A DNA stretch of 64,000 bases from Chara braunii. Its lineage: Eukaryota > Plantae > Charophyceae. The notes beneath the pieces are model-generated. The model did not search any database. It was not told where the DNA came from and saw nothing but the letters and a program-made list of their open reading frames with translations. Position numbers and translations under genes: made by a program. This document shows, one piece after another, positions 39,010-52,547 of this stretch (positions within the stretch are counted from its first letter, which is position 1; the number at the start of each line of letters is the position of its first letter). The stretch is taken from NCBI GenBank assembly GCA_003427395.1, contig BFEA01000032.1:3093454-3157453 (forward strand), given 5' to 3'.

Positions 39010-39503
39010 TTTTTGGGAGGGTTTAGGGCTCAAGAATAGCTCATGTTTTATTTTTTAGGAACTAGGAACGGACAAATCAAGACACCATTACAGCTGAGGG
39101 TTTAAGGTTTAAAGTTTTAGTCTGAAACAAGGCAAACAAGGCTCAGGGTGTTAGAGATTTCAAGAGGCGCACAGGCGTTCCCGACCGCTCTAGCATAACA
39201 CACCAACCCGACAGCACCACAGCTGAGAGGAGCGGGACAAGGGTCAGACAGATTGGCAACGGCCAGGCAAATTAAACAGCACAGGCTAACTTAGGCAGGG
39301 GTGAGGGGTGGTATATCCTTCCTCAGGGAAGTAATCAATGCCGTCCACTCGGGCTTCCCGACCATAATGGGGAGGAGCGTGCGTGAGTTTCCCATGTAAT
39401 CCATATTGACTTGCCGCAAGTTGCCGGGGGAATAGGAACCGGACTGTCGCTCCCCAGAATGGTAGGTGCCAGAACCAAGCGGTTCTGTTTTTTTTTTTTT
39501 TTT
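39010..39503 (+). mobile_element. Short 5'-truncated LINE tail carrying the conserved 3' motif
   Basis: 39221-39487 is homologous to 21455-21717. The left boundary is approximate. Confidence 0.8.
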
Positions 39504-39665
39504 AAGGAAAAAGAAAGGGATGGGCTATATGCGTGCCAAATGCACTGCAGGGTTTTACATGTGCACAGTGTGCTGCTACTAGCCTACCCAATGTGACCAC
39601 TAAACACTCCACGAATGTATACCCTTGAAGAGGATCCTCTCTCAAATGATACAGGGAGAACTCAC

Positions 39666-39755
39666 CTATACAATTTGAGGATATAATCAAGGACAAAATA
39701 GACACTTGCCACCGCTTCCAGAACTGGTAGCACAATTGGCTGGTATGTTGTGTAT
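39666..39755 (-). CDS. Host exon encoding the S1-S2 loop and S2 helix of a voltage-sensor domain (BK/Slo-like channel candidate)
   Basis: AAG acceptor and AG|GTGAGT donor, phase 2 at both ends. Encodes YTTYQPIVLPVLEAVASVYFVLDYILKLY, with E...F..DY..K spacing typical of S2. Confidence 0.7.
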
Positions 39756-40187
39756 CTTCACATATGACAAGACAAGCAAAGGGCCAATCAGAATGCAGTT
39801 CAGAGCATTGTCCCAATACAGAAGACAAGGAGATGGAAGTAACCAACCAGTCACCGAGGGAATGGAGAGAAAATCCAGCAGATGTGCTTGGATCTTGTGT
39901 GTAACTCAGCTTACCAAGTTAAGTTTTTGCAAAACATAAATACCTCACATACACTGTAAAAACAGGCAATTGTTAACTTGAAGGAGGGTTGGGGGAGAAG
40001 AAAGAGAAAACAACAGTGGATGTGTGTTCATTCTGTTGGCAGGAAAGAGTGAACTTTTCCATGACAATTCCGTCAGCCACCAGTCATCAGGTTGACATAA
40101 TACTCGCACAGGTCTGTGGTCACTGCATTCATGAGCATCTAAGCAGTCAATCTTGATTTCCCATTTCCTATAAACAGAAAGAGAGGC

Positions 40188-41355
40188 AAGTGATAGGTAA
40201 AAGCCCGTCAACTAGAATGCAAGCTAGAGCAACACTACATAATCTGCTGCAGACGGACATTACAGCTCAATGGCAGCGAGCCAAGAAACAGGCAGCGGCT
40301 AACCCTGAAAAGGCGAAGGACATTCTCAAGAAATTCCACAACAAAGTATTGGCTGAAGGTAAAGTAGCCACAATGGAGGGGCACAGGCTGATCTTCTGTT
40401 GGTTCAGAGAAGACCAACAAGACATGGCAAACGGACACCAGGGGCAGACACAGCAACTGGCTTCACCATGAACAAGGGAAGTCAAAGCTTAGAAAGGCGA
40501 AGGTCAAGAGTGAAGTGCAAGCAAAGGATCACAGGTTAAGACAGAATCGCAAACGGCAGACCATAGCAAGAAGCAAGGCAACTTTGGAGAGTAATGGCAA
40601 TGAGATGAAAGGGAAGGGTTCACAGAAAAGGATCATTGGAGACTATTGGCAATGAGAAGAAAAGGAAGATTTCAGGTAATGATACTACAAATTAACGAGT
40701 CTGCAAAGTAAGCAGACCTCTAGAGGAATACAGGTAGGTTTAAAGGTTTAAGAAAGTAGGGTTTAGGGCTTAAGGAGATAACACTCGGAAAACATTGTCG
40801 GAAAGAGAGATTCAAGCTACGTCTGGCACAAGTCAAGGGAATACAAATGTAGTTATGGCATAGGGGAACAATAGGGACCACATTCCAATACAAGGAGGGT
40901 GCTAAAGTCGTTTCTTGATATTCATGAGTTATATGACAGGTTACTATGGGTAATCTGAGAGGAAAGGACATAGTAAACAGCGGAGACAATACCGGTTTTC
41001 TAGAAATTCAGGTATGACATGGCAGGCTCTTAAGGAAAGGTCTGAGAAGAAAGAATATGCCGGGCTTACGAGTTAAACTGCTGGATGACGTAGAATAGGT
41101 TAGGCAGGGGGAAGGGGTGGTATATCCTTCCTTAGGGAAGTAATCAATGCCGCCCACTCAGACCCTCCACCCATCATGGGTAGGAGCATGGGTGGGTACT
41201 TTTTGTAATCAATTATGACTCGCCGGGGGAATAGGAACCGGACTGTTGCTCCCCAGAATGGCAGGAGCCAGAACCGACAGGTTCTGTTCATAAAAAAGAA
41301 AAAAAAGAAAAAAAGAAAAAAAAAAAAAAAGAAAGAAAGAAAGAAAGAAAGAAAA
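40188..41355 (+). mobile_element. LINE C: 5'-truncated LINE (ORF2 C-terminus, 3' UTR, A-rich tail)
   Basis: 12-bp TSD AGAAAGAGAGGC (40176-40187, 41356-41367). LLQTDITAQWQRAKK..NPEK is homologous to the LINE E C-terminus. Conserved 3' motif present. Confidence 0.88.
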
Positions 41356-42767
41356 AGAAAGAGAGGCTGCAAGATAAACAGGCCTTTCCCTATGCATTGC
41401 ATTTTGGGTACACGATCGAACCTGAAGACGTTAATGCACAAGTTGAGAGTTCAAAACTATAGCAAAACGTTAATACCAAACAGAAAAAGAGCCGGATATA
41501 ACTGCTGGCAAGGGTTTGTTACTTGTTCCCCTTATGTTAAGATCACAATTTTGTTGTAAAAGCGAAGCTTTCTGAACATGGGCTTTGTGAGAATGGCATC
41601 AGTCATCCATTTTTTAACAAAGGCTCTCTGTATCAATCTACCCACTTGACGAAACATAGGTGCTGCCATCCCTTCAACCTCACATACAGGTTCCGCACAT
41701 TTGGATTTGCCTCCTGCCCTTCAGGTAAGAAAGCCTTTTCTGCACAAGAGAATTGTCCACATGGAGTTTGCAAGGATGAGACATCTGCTTACTAGAGTTG
41801 TCTGCATCCTTTTCCTCGCTTCACAAAATCACATCTGCGGTCTTCACAGTAACATTAGTTGAGCTCTACACATTGCATTTGTCTCATTCCATTCAGACGC
41901 TATCCGTCTCATTCCGTTCAGACGCTACTGTCTGCAAGCAGTTCTGGTCCGCAGTTCGACCGGGGGGCCCTCCTCGGCCTGCGAGCCTCCTGGTCGAACA
42001 GGTGGGTGGACTGGCCCAGCCGGCCCCTGGTTAGCCCCAGCCCCCCAGCGAGAATACTGGGCAGGAAATGGCCCGGGTGGCCTCCTACGGCCTGGGAACT
42101 TCTTCCCACGGACATGGAGCCTTGATACGGTGGGACATCTATTGCCTAGACCGCCACAACGTTTCTAGAGTAGAAACTTAGAAAGTTAAAAACATCACAT
42201 GTCGGATTGCCGCCTCCTCTCATCTCGTGACGAGAACATGCTTCGGTGGTTGTACCATACGCGGAGGCAACACCTTCGGTGTTTAGAGCCTGCTGCCTTT
42301 GTCTTCCTCGTTGCCCTTACCTGCATCATTCTGTGTCTGCCAGCGGGGATTTCCAACTGGGCTATGTCAGTAGGGCGGGTTCGCTGGCGGGACTTCTGAG
42401 TGCTCTCAACGGCGATTCTGATCGATCAATGACAGCGATCTTCCTGCTCCTGAAGAGGCGGTGGAGCTCCATTGTTTGTTTTATCTCGTGCTCGTATGTG
42501 CTTGTTTGTGGGACGTCTTTGCAGGTACTCAAAGCGGTCTTGCTGACATGGCGGGTGTCTATCTTCTTCTCTCGACGTTTTTTGGGACTTGTAAGTCTAC
42601 CTTTCGACTTGCTTGGCATGTCATAATCATGCGGTTTGCCTTGACGGGCTCCAGTCTGGAATTTTGATGCGCGTGGATGGGTTGTAGGGTAGGTGTGGGT
42701 TGATGAGATTTGGGGCAAGGCATTGGTATGGCCCCAAGTAGTGGTTTGCCAGCATGCTTAGATTAGA

Positions 42768-42811
42768 CCTCCTGATGAGTCTAAGTGCGGGGTAGACAAA
42801 ACGCGTCGAGG
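42768..42811 (+). ncRNA. Type I minimal hammerhead ribozyme of Penelope-element style, with core GAAA changed to AAAA
   Basis: Stem I CCTC/GAGG; CTGATGA; stem II GTCTA/TAGAC; AAAA; palindromic ACGCGT as stem III; GTC cleavage triplet. Confidence 0.75.
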
Positions 42812-43261
42812 GTGTGGCCGCGTGGTTGTTGAAACATTGATCTTTGACATGGTGATTTTGTTATCTTCTTTGCTTTCTTATAAATTGTGTGTGTAACAGC
42901 CTTGTTTTCATTGATGAATTATTGTGCTCTGTTCTCACGTTCATGCTGTCTTGCCGGGCAGTTTCCTCTTCTTCTTTTTTGGCCTCCTGCGGCCTCGCTG
43001 AGGCCGCTGCCACTTATAAAAAAAAAGCTGGGGCCAGTAGGCCCCACATTTCAAATGCAAAAAGGCTGCCGACCCCGTTTCCGTTTGCCACACTCGCAGC
43101 CCTCCTCATGCATTGGAGAACAGCTCGGCGTCACCTGCACCGTCGATTACAGCAAGCCAGTGCACCGTCCAGTGCAGCAACCCAGCGCGCCATTGCCTGC
43201 GGCCAGCCAGTGCGCCATGTAAGCCGGCTTGTGATGTGGTGATGGGCGCCATCTTCGTCTT

Positions 43262-43263
<2 letters not shown>

Positions 43264-43347
<84 letters not shown>

Positions 43348-43510
43348 CCCGTCGATCTTTCTTCTTCTTCTTCTTCTTCTTCCTCCTCCTCTTCTGTATC
43401 TCCTCTTCTTCTTCTTCTTCTTCTTCTTCTTCTTCTTCTTCTTCTTCTTCTTCTTCCTCCTCTTCTATATCTCCTCTTCCTCTTCTTTTTCTTTCTTCTT
43501 CTTCTTCTTT
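43264..43510. repeat. (GA)n followed by (TTC)n microsatellites
   Basis: Visible directly in the sequence. Confidence 0.95.
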
Positions 43511-44729
43511 GAATGTTTCGATGTTGAACTTGAACTCCCTCCTCCCCCATCAGTCTCCCTCCTCACTCATCAACCTCTGCCCCAGCACCCTCCTCCCCTC
43601 ACCATCTTTATTTTTTATTCCTCTTCCCCGTCGCCTCACCTCCCTAAGCGACCTGGTTAACAGTGGGTGTTATTTTCGGCGAATTTTTCACTAAAACCGT
43701 CATCGCGGTTCCCACTTCCTTCACTGTCTTTCTACCTCTACTACTACTCCGTAGCCTGGCTAGACGTCCTCCTCCCACACCTACATAGCCTGGGCCTACT
43801 TCTACCTCCTCCCTGCTCCACCTCCATAGTCCTGGAGGGCTTCACCATCACCCTCCAGCTCCACCTTCTCCTCCAAGTGCTCCACCAACTTCCCCCTCTG
43901 GGTGGAGCAGCCTCATGCCCACTTAAAGGATGAACCGAAGAGAGCTACTCTACTCGTTGAACCCACTGATATACTTTGACTGCCCGGCATCCAGTACCTC
44001 CCGGCCAAGCACTTCCCAGCTCTACCCCGCGTCCCTTGGTTGCAATAGGCCTACCCGGTATTCCTTCTTTTGGCAGGAACACCGTCTCAGCCTGCAACCC
44101 GGCCTCAGGGTCTGTATCTAGCCTAACCTGTAACTAGGTACGGGCTGAATATTTATGGATTGTTTTTGACAGCTACTGGACCTCTGATAAGCCGACCTGA
44201 CTACAGGGTCTACTCAAGTTCCTGGGAAATCCTACAGGGTCCCTAGCCAATCCCTGGGTGCTAAACTACCCCCCAGCATATCCTCCTGATAACTTTCAGT
44301 ACTCTCTGGCCGTCACCCTACTCCTACTTCGTCCCTGTCTGAGGCACAGCCACACACACAGCCAACAGAGTTAGCAAACAGACACAGACTTGGACTCTGC
44401 AAGCACACGACACATGCACGCTAGTGGTAGGCCACACACACACGCACACACACTTAGTGTGGGCAGCTGGCGCTCAACCACCATCAACGTGGCCAGCCTT
44501 GTATGTGAGTCGCATTAGTAAAAAGGGAGCTGCAAGAACAAATAGAAGGGGTACCCCAACCTCCTACCCCCAACAGAGAATAGGCTATAGAATTCAAGCA
44601 GACCACACACCAACAGTAGGCACAGCTAGGATACAACCATCAGGAAAAGTCCTAAAAGCAGAGCGCAGCCAAGCTAGGGTATAGGGTTTTAGCTTCAAGG
44701 GTCACCCTCACGTTAAACCGCGCCCAAGG

Positions 44730-45386
44730 NNNNNNNNNNNNNNNNNNNNNNNNNNNNNNNNNNNNNNNNNNNNNNNNNNNNNNNNNNNNNNNNNNNNNNN
44801 NNNNNNNNNNNNNNNNNNNNNNNNNNNNNNNNNNNNNNNNNNNNNNNNNNNNNNNNNNNNNNNNNNNNNNNNNNNNNNNNNNNNNNNNNNNNNNNNNNNN
44901 NNNNNNNNNNNNNNNNNNNNNNNNNNNNNNNNNNNNNNNNNNNNNNNNNNNNNNNNNNNNNNNNNNNNNNNNNNNNNNNNNNNNNNNNNNNNNNNNNNNN
45001 NNNNNNNNNNNNNNNNNNNNNNNNNNNNNNNNNNNNNNNNNNNNNNNNNNNNNNNNNNNNNNNNNNNNNNNNNNNNNNNNNNNNNNNNNNNNNNNNNNNN
45101 NNNNNNNNNNNNNNNNNNNNNNNNNNNNNNNNNNNNNNNNNNNNNNNNNNNNNNNNNNNNNNNNNNNNNNNNNNNNNNNNNNNNNNNNNNNNNNNNNNNN
45201 NNNNNNNNNNNNNNNNNNNNNNNNNNNNNNNNNNNNNNNNNNNNNNNNNNNNNNNNNNNNNNNNNNNNNNNNNNNNNNNNNNNNNNNNNNNNNNNNNNNN
45301 NNNNNNNNNNNNNNNNNNNNNNNNNNNNNNNNNNNNNNNNNNNNNNNNNNNNNNNNNNNNNNNNNNNNNNNNNNNNNNNNNNNNNN
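44730..45386. other. Assembly gap
   Basis: Run of N. Confidence 1.
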
Positions 45387-45547
45387 GTGGGGTTATTAGG
45401 GGTTCTGGACCCATTTTTTTTTTTTTTTTTTTTTTTTTTTAGCGGGGTGCCGACGACCCCCGACCGGTAGGTGCCGACCAGCCGACCGGTCGGCGGGTCG
45501 GCAGCCGACCAGTCAGGGGTCGCCGACGGTCGGCGTGTGCAACACTG
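45387..45547. mobile_element. Right end of a probable hAT-type MITE; the left end is probably in the gap
   Basis: CCGAC subterminal repeats ending GTGCAACACTG (reverse complement CAGTGTTGCAC). No second end or TSD is visible. Confidence 0.5.
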
Positions 45548-45551
45548 GTCT

Positions 45552-45941
45552 AGGGTTTAAATTTTAAAAGAAAATTAAGTAAATACGTTGCTTAAGGTGA
45601 GAGAATGCAAAGAAGAATACAGGTGCCCCAAAACGTTCTCGCATAATACACATACCTGACAGTTTTGCAGCTGAGAGGAGCAGAACTGGGATTAATCAGA
45701 TTGGTATGCAAAAGTAGCACAGGCTAACTTAGGCAAGGGTGAGAGATGGTATATCCTTCCTCAGGGAAGCAATCAATGCCGTCTACTTGGGCCTCCCAAC
45801 CATAAGGGGGGGGAGCGTGTGTGAGTCTCTTATGTACTTATTATTAACTTGCCGGTGGAAAGGAACCGGACTGTTGCTACGCAGAATGGAAGGAGCCAGA
45901 TGAGAAGCTCTGTCTGTTAGTTAAAAAAAAAAAAAAAAAAA
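45552..45941 (+). mobile_element. LINE tail D with the conserved 3' motif and poly(A)
   Basis: 45669-45914 is homologous to 21455-21717. Poly(A) at 45923-45941. Confidence 0.8.
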
Positions 45942-45961
45942 GTGGCGTCATTTATTTACTT

Positions 45962-46108
45962 GGGGCCTAGCTCAGTTGGTACATCCACGAACTGTTGAAA
46001 CACAGACCCGAGTTCAAATGCTGATGGAATTAGATGAGTGAATTTATCTCGGACTGGTCAATGTGGTTTTTGGAGATGATATCTCAAGGCCACTCCTCTT
46101 TCTTTCTC

Positions 46109-46144
<36 letters not shown>
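45962..46144 (+). mobile_element. Candidate tRNA-derived SINE
   Basis: A-box TAGCTCAGTTGG (45968-45979), CTGT/ACAG stem, B-box-like GAGTTCAAATG (46010-46020), unrelated body, long poly(A). No TSD found. Confidence 0.55.
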
Positions 46145-46146
<2 letters not shown>

Positions 46147-46269
46147 AGAAAAAAAAAGAACAGGCTGCTCTGGTGAAAATCTAAAACACACTTAGAAAAC
46201 ACAGCAAAGCATAGCAAAACAGACAGAATCGCAAAGACATCTTTACCCAGGCATACTTGAAGGTTGATG

Positions 46270-49170
46270 GCTTGCGATGTTTCTTTACGTGTTTGACCAT
46301 GGCATCCAGCTGTTTGCACATGGGAGTGACCACACGAGCAAGCAGCTTTCGATGCTTTGGCCCCATGGCCAAGCATGCCAGGGGTCAGTCCGGTGTGACG
46401 ATCGGGCAACAATAATGTCACAAGGACTGTGGATGCGTTATCCGACCTACAGTTCACTTGGAGTCATACCTGTTTGTGGAGCGGATGGAGTTACTGTACA
46501 GATTTTCAACAGCACTTAATCCTTTATCCCGAATGTTCTGATCGCGCACAATTTTTAAACCTTGCAACAACTGAGTAACAACTGGTTGATTTCTTCCGCT
46601 TTACCATTTGTTTCCAGATGGCAGACGGATGTCCATACAGGCCTGAGCAGAATTCTTTCCACTATGAAGTGATGACATGCGTATCCCGATCACTAACGGA
46701 TGTCGTGTTTGTGAAATCTGTTCATCACTAAATCGGTAGGTGCATGCGGCGGAGGAGTGATCGTGAGATACGTGGCAAAGCAGTCACACACACCATGACC
46801 TGTGAAAAGCCCTTCTCACTCGTCTTTCCCATGTCAGTGAAATCGATACAGATGGACTGATCGAGACCATCAGGAATAGGCAGAGGCTTGAGCAGTCCCT
46901 GAGGTTTCTGCCGCTGGATCTAAATCCATTGGCAGACCTGAAAATTTCCCACGAATTCTCATGCATCTTCCTTCATACCGGGCCAATAGAAACTTTGCAA
47001 CAGAATTCCATAAGTCTGGAGGAACCCAAAATGACTACTTTGTCCTGACACCAACCCAGAATCTTATAACGAAGCGGTTCAGAATTAGGCACACACTAAT
47101 GATTGATCATTCTCATCGTGTGTATGAAGCAGCAAACCCAAATGTGTGCAGAAATCAGGCTGGCTTGATGGATCTACCAGCAACTATGTATGATAGAACC
47201 AATGTGGCATCCTTCATAGTTTCTTCAGCTATCGACTGTCGGAGTCTTCCATGGAGATCAGAAGATGCGCACATTAGGGCGACAAGGAAGAGAATCGGAA
47301 ATGCGATTACAACAAAACCCTTCTTGAGTGCCAACTCGACAAGATCTTACAATAATCAACGCCGGGTCTTGATCCACTACAAAGTCGATGATCAAAATAA
47401 CTTTGATGTGGTGACCGAGAAGGAGATGCTTCCAGTAAAGCAGGGTTGCATGGAGCGCAAATAATTCATGCTTGTAAGTGGAGGCAGCCAGCCGAAGGAG
47501 GCCAAGCGTTGACTCATATACTCGACCGGACGCAGCCCAATCCCATCATCTTGCTGTAGCACGGCCCCAATGCCATATTCACTAGCATCGGTTGTGACTA
47601 TAAGAGTCAACGCCGGATGTGACTTGACAACAATGCTTTCAATGTGCGGCATGCGGGCTCCCTTGCATCAATCCAAGCAAAGGTAGCTTGCTTGCTGGTC
47701 ATCCTACTCAAGGGATATGCAATCATAGAAAAAATTGGTTCACGTATGTTAGTATTATGTTAGTACGTTATCGTCAGGCATTGATTGCCTCTATCCTGGC
47801 TGCTTCTGGCTCGAGCTCAGCATAAAAAATTTGCTGCCCAAGGTAGATGATGCTCCCCTTCCCAAATCTAGAATTCTTTCCCCTCAAGATGATCATCATT
47901 TCTCACAAGTGCAGCTCATGTTCCTCCATTAGGAGAAGAATCATCTTTGAGAGTAGCAGCAAAATTAATATTGGAAATAGAAGCATCATCATGAAAAGTA
48001 AAAAATAACAGCTGTAGTTGTAACAGACCAAGTAGTATTAGGACGTTTAACTATAGATAAATGTGTACACTGTTTTCTTCTCATTCTTTCTCTATATTTT
48101 GCAAAATGCAGACGCGGTCAAACAATTAAAGGTCACGGAAGGGTCATGATCCTCATCAAGAAAAACATGTTGCAGATTACCTTCTGGGTGCTTGACTGTG
48201 AATCAGTGTTCTTGCCAATAAGTAGCATAACCATTAGCACGCAGCCAACACAAATCCAATCGCAGCATCAAATAGACACTCCTCCACCACATAGAAGTTG
48301 AGGGAGTAAGTGACATGCTTGCCCTTGCAAAGGTAGTGGGAATACCCTTGAAAGCACGTGCACATGTGAAAACCGCTTGGTTACCAACTTGAGTCCAGCT
48401 AGGATGCAGCAAATCCTCAACCTTCATTCCCAGATATGCCTTCTTGAGGCCATGCAGAAATAACTTTGCAGTAGTGCTGCAGTCTCAAGTCAGGATGATT
48501 TACACATAGCCGGAAATAGATTAACTCCATTGTTGCAAATGGGCATTGAAGTTCGCATCTTCCTAGTCGTCCCAAGGCTCAACATAGGCAAACCGTTGGG
48601 TGGGTGCCTTGGGGTAAGCCTGAACTTGGGTCACAGGTGTACAATTTGGCTCAGCGACCAACCACCGAAGTCACCAATGCAGACTGTTGTTCCTTCCCCA
48701 TTGTAGAAAGGACTGACAAACCCTCTAAGCCCGAGTTCGGTTTCCTGTCAGTTCGCACAAAATTATTGGGTTTCTTACGATACAAGCACACTCCACAGTC
48801 TATTCATTGTTGCCAAGCCTAAGGACTGATGCTAAGATGCTCTCAAGGCTTCCTTTCCTTAGTGCTGAGGTGCAAGAGAATCTGCACCCCTTGAGGGAGG
48901 GGTTTGAACTTCTTGCTGGACCCAATGCTGGTGCTAACCCCTTTGTTACTGGCTGCAGAGTTCTTGAACACATTGAGATGTGTGTCCTCTTGCTCGTTGA
49001 CGACATTAGCTTTAGAGGAGCCCTCTACATCGGGACCATCCCAAGGGTGGAGAGTCCTTGGCCTCGGTCCTCATCAGATACGAAGCCCTCCTCTGACTCG
49101 GTCGTGCTAAATCCCATCATGGGTTTCCCATGGAACGGCCATGAGGTATACATCTTCTTATGATCAGCAA
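46270..49170 (-). mobile_element. Degenerate Ty3/gypsy internal region (RNase H and integrase remnants)
   Basis: VTTDASEYGIGAVLQQDDG..RPVEYMS at 47392-47652; integrase-like remnants at 46450-46700. Boundaries approximate. Confidence 0.7.
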
Positions 49171-49179
49171 ACCGGCATG

Positions 49180-50761
49180 TGTTACGATCCTGGCTATTCC
49201 AAAGTGCAAATACACAAGGAAAGACAATGTCGTTCAATTGCAAAAGAGATGACAGAACTTGGAAAGAGAAAGAGACAAAGGAAGAAGAAGAAATGGAAAG
49301 AAAGAAGAAGAAGAAGATGTACACCAGCAAAGGACCTATGACAAATCCCCCTTCCCTGGCCACTCACTCCATCCTCCTTATCTCCCCAATTTTACTCTTC
49401 AATATTGCAAAAGAAATGAAAGAACTTGGAAAGAGAAAGAGACAAAGGGAGAAGAAGAAAGAAGAAGGAAAGAAGAAGAAGAAGATGTACACCAGGAACA
49501 AATCCCCCTTCCCTCGCCACTCACTCCATCCTTATCTCCCCAATCTTATTCTTCAATAAATAATAATAAGCATAGATCTAGATAATAATAACAACAATGA
49601 ATGGCTGAACCAGAACCAATGTCCGAATCTCCGTCTTACTGCCAGCACAGCATGAGGTCCACCATAGCCATGACATTCTCCGTCTACCTCCTCCGTTAGG
49701 TGATGGCTATGGCGGACTACTAGGGACCCTGCCCCGGCGTTCAAAAGACAACAGAAAAGCAGGTGTCCTTTGCAACTCACTCCTCCATGCCTGACTCCGC
49801 CCTGAAGCACTCTTGATGCAGCGCAACCCCTACTGGGGCCTTCCAGGTGCAGCGCCTACCAAGGAGATGAAGATGATGCCCACCATAGCCAGGTAAGTAC
49901 CCCTGCCACTCTCCTCCGCAACCCCTTCTTCCTCCTCCTCCTTCCTGGTCCAGTCCACCATAGCTGAGGTGGATGGCCAGGCTCTCATCCTCCCAGCGCT
50001 GTACACTACCTTCTTCCCTCGAATACAACGTACGGTCGTTATAGCTGTATCTAGACTAAAAGATTTCTCAAATACAACTCTAATGACCGTACTTTGTATT
50101 CGGGGGAAGAAGGTAATGCTCTAACACCAGGCGCTCCAGCACTGTGACGCCCAAACTTGCACACTGCAAAAATGAGGAGTCCAGCACTCCTGGAGATACA
50201 ACGTCCAAGTTGCCTCTTGAGCGGTGACTTCCAGGCCGCGCGGCCTTCCAAGCAACCTGTACCTCCTCCCGTTCAGAGGGAAACATCATTGCAGGTCTGA
50301 TATCGTCCGCTACAGGCCCTAGACTCGAACTTCAGGACTGGTACCCTAGACCTGTCCCTACCGGACTCCTAAAATTCACACGGCCTCCAAAGGCACTTAC
50401 TTTTTGTCTTCTTCTGCTCGGCCTACTGCTACTCAAGCACTACCCTAAGCTACGCGGGCCTACACAACCGCTACTTGAGTGCTAGCCTATACTACTTGAG
50501 TGTTCCCCTGCTGCAACCCTCTTAGTCACGGCCACAGGCAAGTACCCGCCCTGAGGGCCTCTCAAACAAACAAGTACCCTGGCGGGTCGCACACACTCAG
50601 GCAGACATGCACTCAGGCAGGCACATGGAACCCAGCAAGCACGCACATACACCGGCCTAGAAATCTCAGCGGAAAGCGGGAATCTCAGCACGACACACAT
50701 TCGAGCGGCAAAACTCAGAAATCAGCAGGGTTCTCAGTCTATGTTTTTGCAGGTCATTACA
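49180..50761 (-). mobile_element. Solo LTR-like element of about 1.6 kb
   Basis: TGTTA...TTACA ends. The left part is homologous to 63148-63872 and the right end is homologous (inverted) to 63883-64000. TSD is unclear; strand is inferred. Confidence 0.65.
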
Positions 50762-52547
50762 CATACTGCGTTCTCCTCCAGGCGGACGAGTGCATGTGTG
50801 TGGTACCCCCAATCTTCATGCTTTTGGGTGGCAAGCTGGCAATATAGTGTAAGAGGGGCTGCATTTTTTGTAGTTTCCGATTTTGAATCTCTGTGATTTG
50901 CAGGTCCGAGGTGGCAAAGAGGGTAGATACCTTTTGATACGAGGCCTGCATGTTACTAGTCCAACGTTGCTGCCCCAATTCTACAACACAGCTCGCCAGC
51001 CACCACAGCTGCTTCCTCTCTCCCGGCCATTATCTGGCCGCAATGCATTGCTCTAGCATTGTCGCATGCTGCCAAAGCCTGAATGTGTGAGCTACCCCGG
51101 CCTCCTCTCTTTTAGCCTTTGCAAGGCAGTGATATGGGACGTGGTAGGCTCCACTGCCTTCCAGTCTGAGTCTGGGTCCTAGCCTGTGTAACTAACTGGA
51201 GGCTAGGCCTACCAGTTAGTGACAGAGGCTGGAAACTCTCGCTGGTCCAGTACCTTCTAGCTCGGCTTGACTTAGGGCCTGCCGTCTTGTCTCTCGCACG
51301 GCCTTCACTCAGGGCCCGTCTGCATTCTGCACAGGCAGCCTTTTTTCGGGTTCGTCAAGGACTTCGGCGTCACAGACAGCCAAACATTGTTTAATAACTT
51401 AATTCGCAGTTCTACACAACATATGCTTTCCTCGAGTTTTTGACTTTTATAAGTTCTATTTTCTTTCAAGTTTGTACTGGGGCTGCCCTTGACCTGCCAG
51501 AACCTGTTCCAGTCGGGCCACCAGGGCAGCCAGAGAAGCCCACAGGCCACGACTCGGAACCTAGTGCCCAGGCCCATGGCTGGCATGACCAGGCCAGCGA
51601 CATGCAACATTTCCTCTCTTTCTCGCGTTGTATTTGCCTGTTTATCCCTTCCCTCAGCTGCTGAGATTCTAAACCGTGGCGCCCATGTACATCCACCAAA
51701 GCCAGTGCCCCCTTGACCGTTACTCTTCATTCTACTAGAGAGGGGCATTCTCATCAAACATGTCGTCTGCTGCCTGTAGAACGAGTGATCATTGCAATCT
51801 CGCCAATAGTCTGCATCAGAGCATCTATGATAGTATGAGTGATCATCCATCTCGTCAAAAGTCTGTATCTATGATAGTTCTAAGTACACCTTTCGGATTG
51901 CCTTGCACCATTGTTTGTCTCTTTTTCCGTGCTCTACAGCTTCCACATGTGCTGACTGTGGCTATATGACTGGCTGTGAATCCACAAACTGTTATTGTTG
52001 ACATAGGCACCGCATCATGTAGCACCCTCAGTCGATCACTATGCTTGCTTCAAGAGGATGACACCACGGAGGCCAACCACAAGCAAGAATCAAGCTTCAG
52101 AATCATTGTAAGCAAGGCACGGAGTTCGGTATACCTCCATCAACATCCTCATCAGGACTGAGTTCACTACACGTCCATCAACATTCTCATCAGGGGGGCA
52201 TTGACCACTGCACCGCGACAAAGCTACCACCAAAGAAATGCTGGTCTTGGCCATTCATCCTTGCATTCCATTTTATGACATTTTTTGTTACCACTCCCAA
52301 CTCTACCACTTTCAGCAATCCAGAATTCATTGGTCTTTTTTGTGTGAATAAAGAGAGACCTCCAGCGTTATTGTATCCATCAGCGTTATGAGTTTGAACT
52401 CGTGATTTGATCATGAACAGGTACGTGTGCACTATTTAGACACCTGGAAGGTGCATCTGCTTTGAAGTCTCAAGTCTCTGGTTTGCAAGAAAAAAATAAA
52501 CAATGACAATAAAAATTATAAAATCGCCTATTCTGGTCCTATCATAT

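Noticed and set aside
45962-46030. Functional tRNA gene
   Set aside because: The acceptor and T stems do not pair; treated as a SINE-like head.
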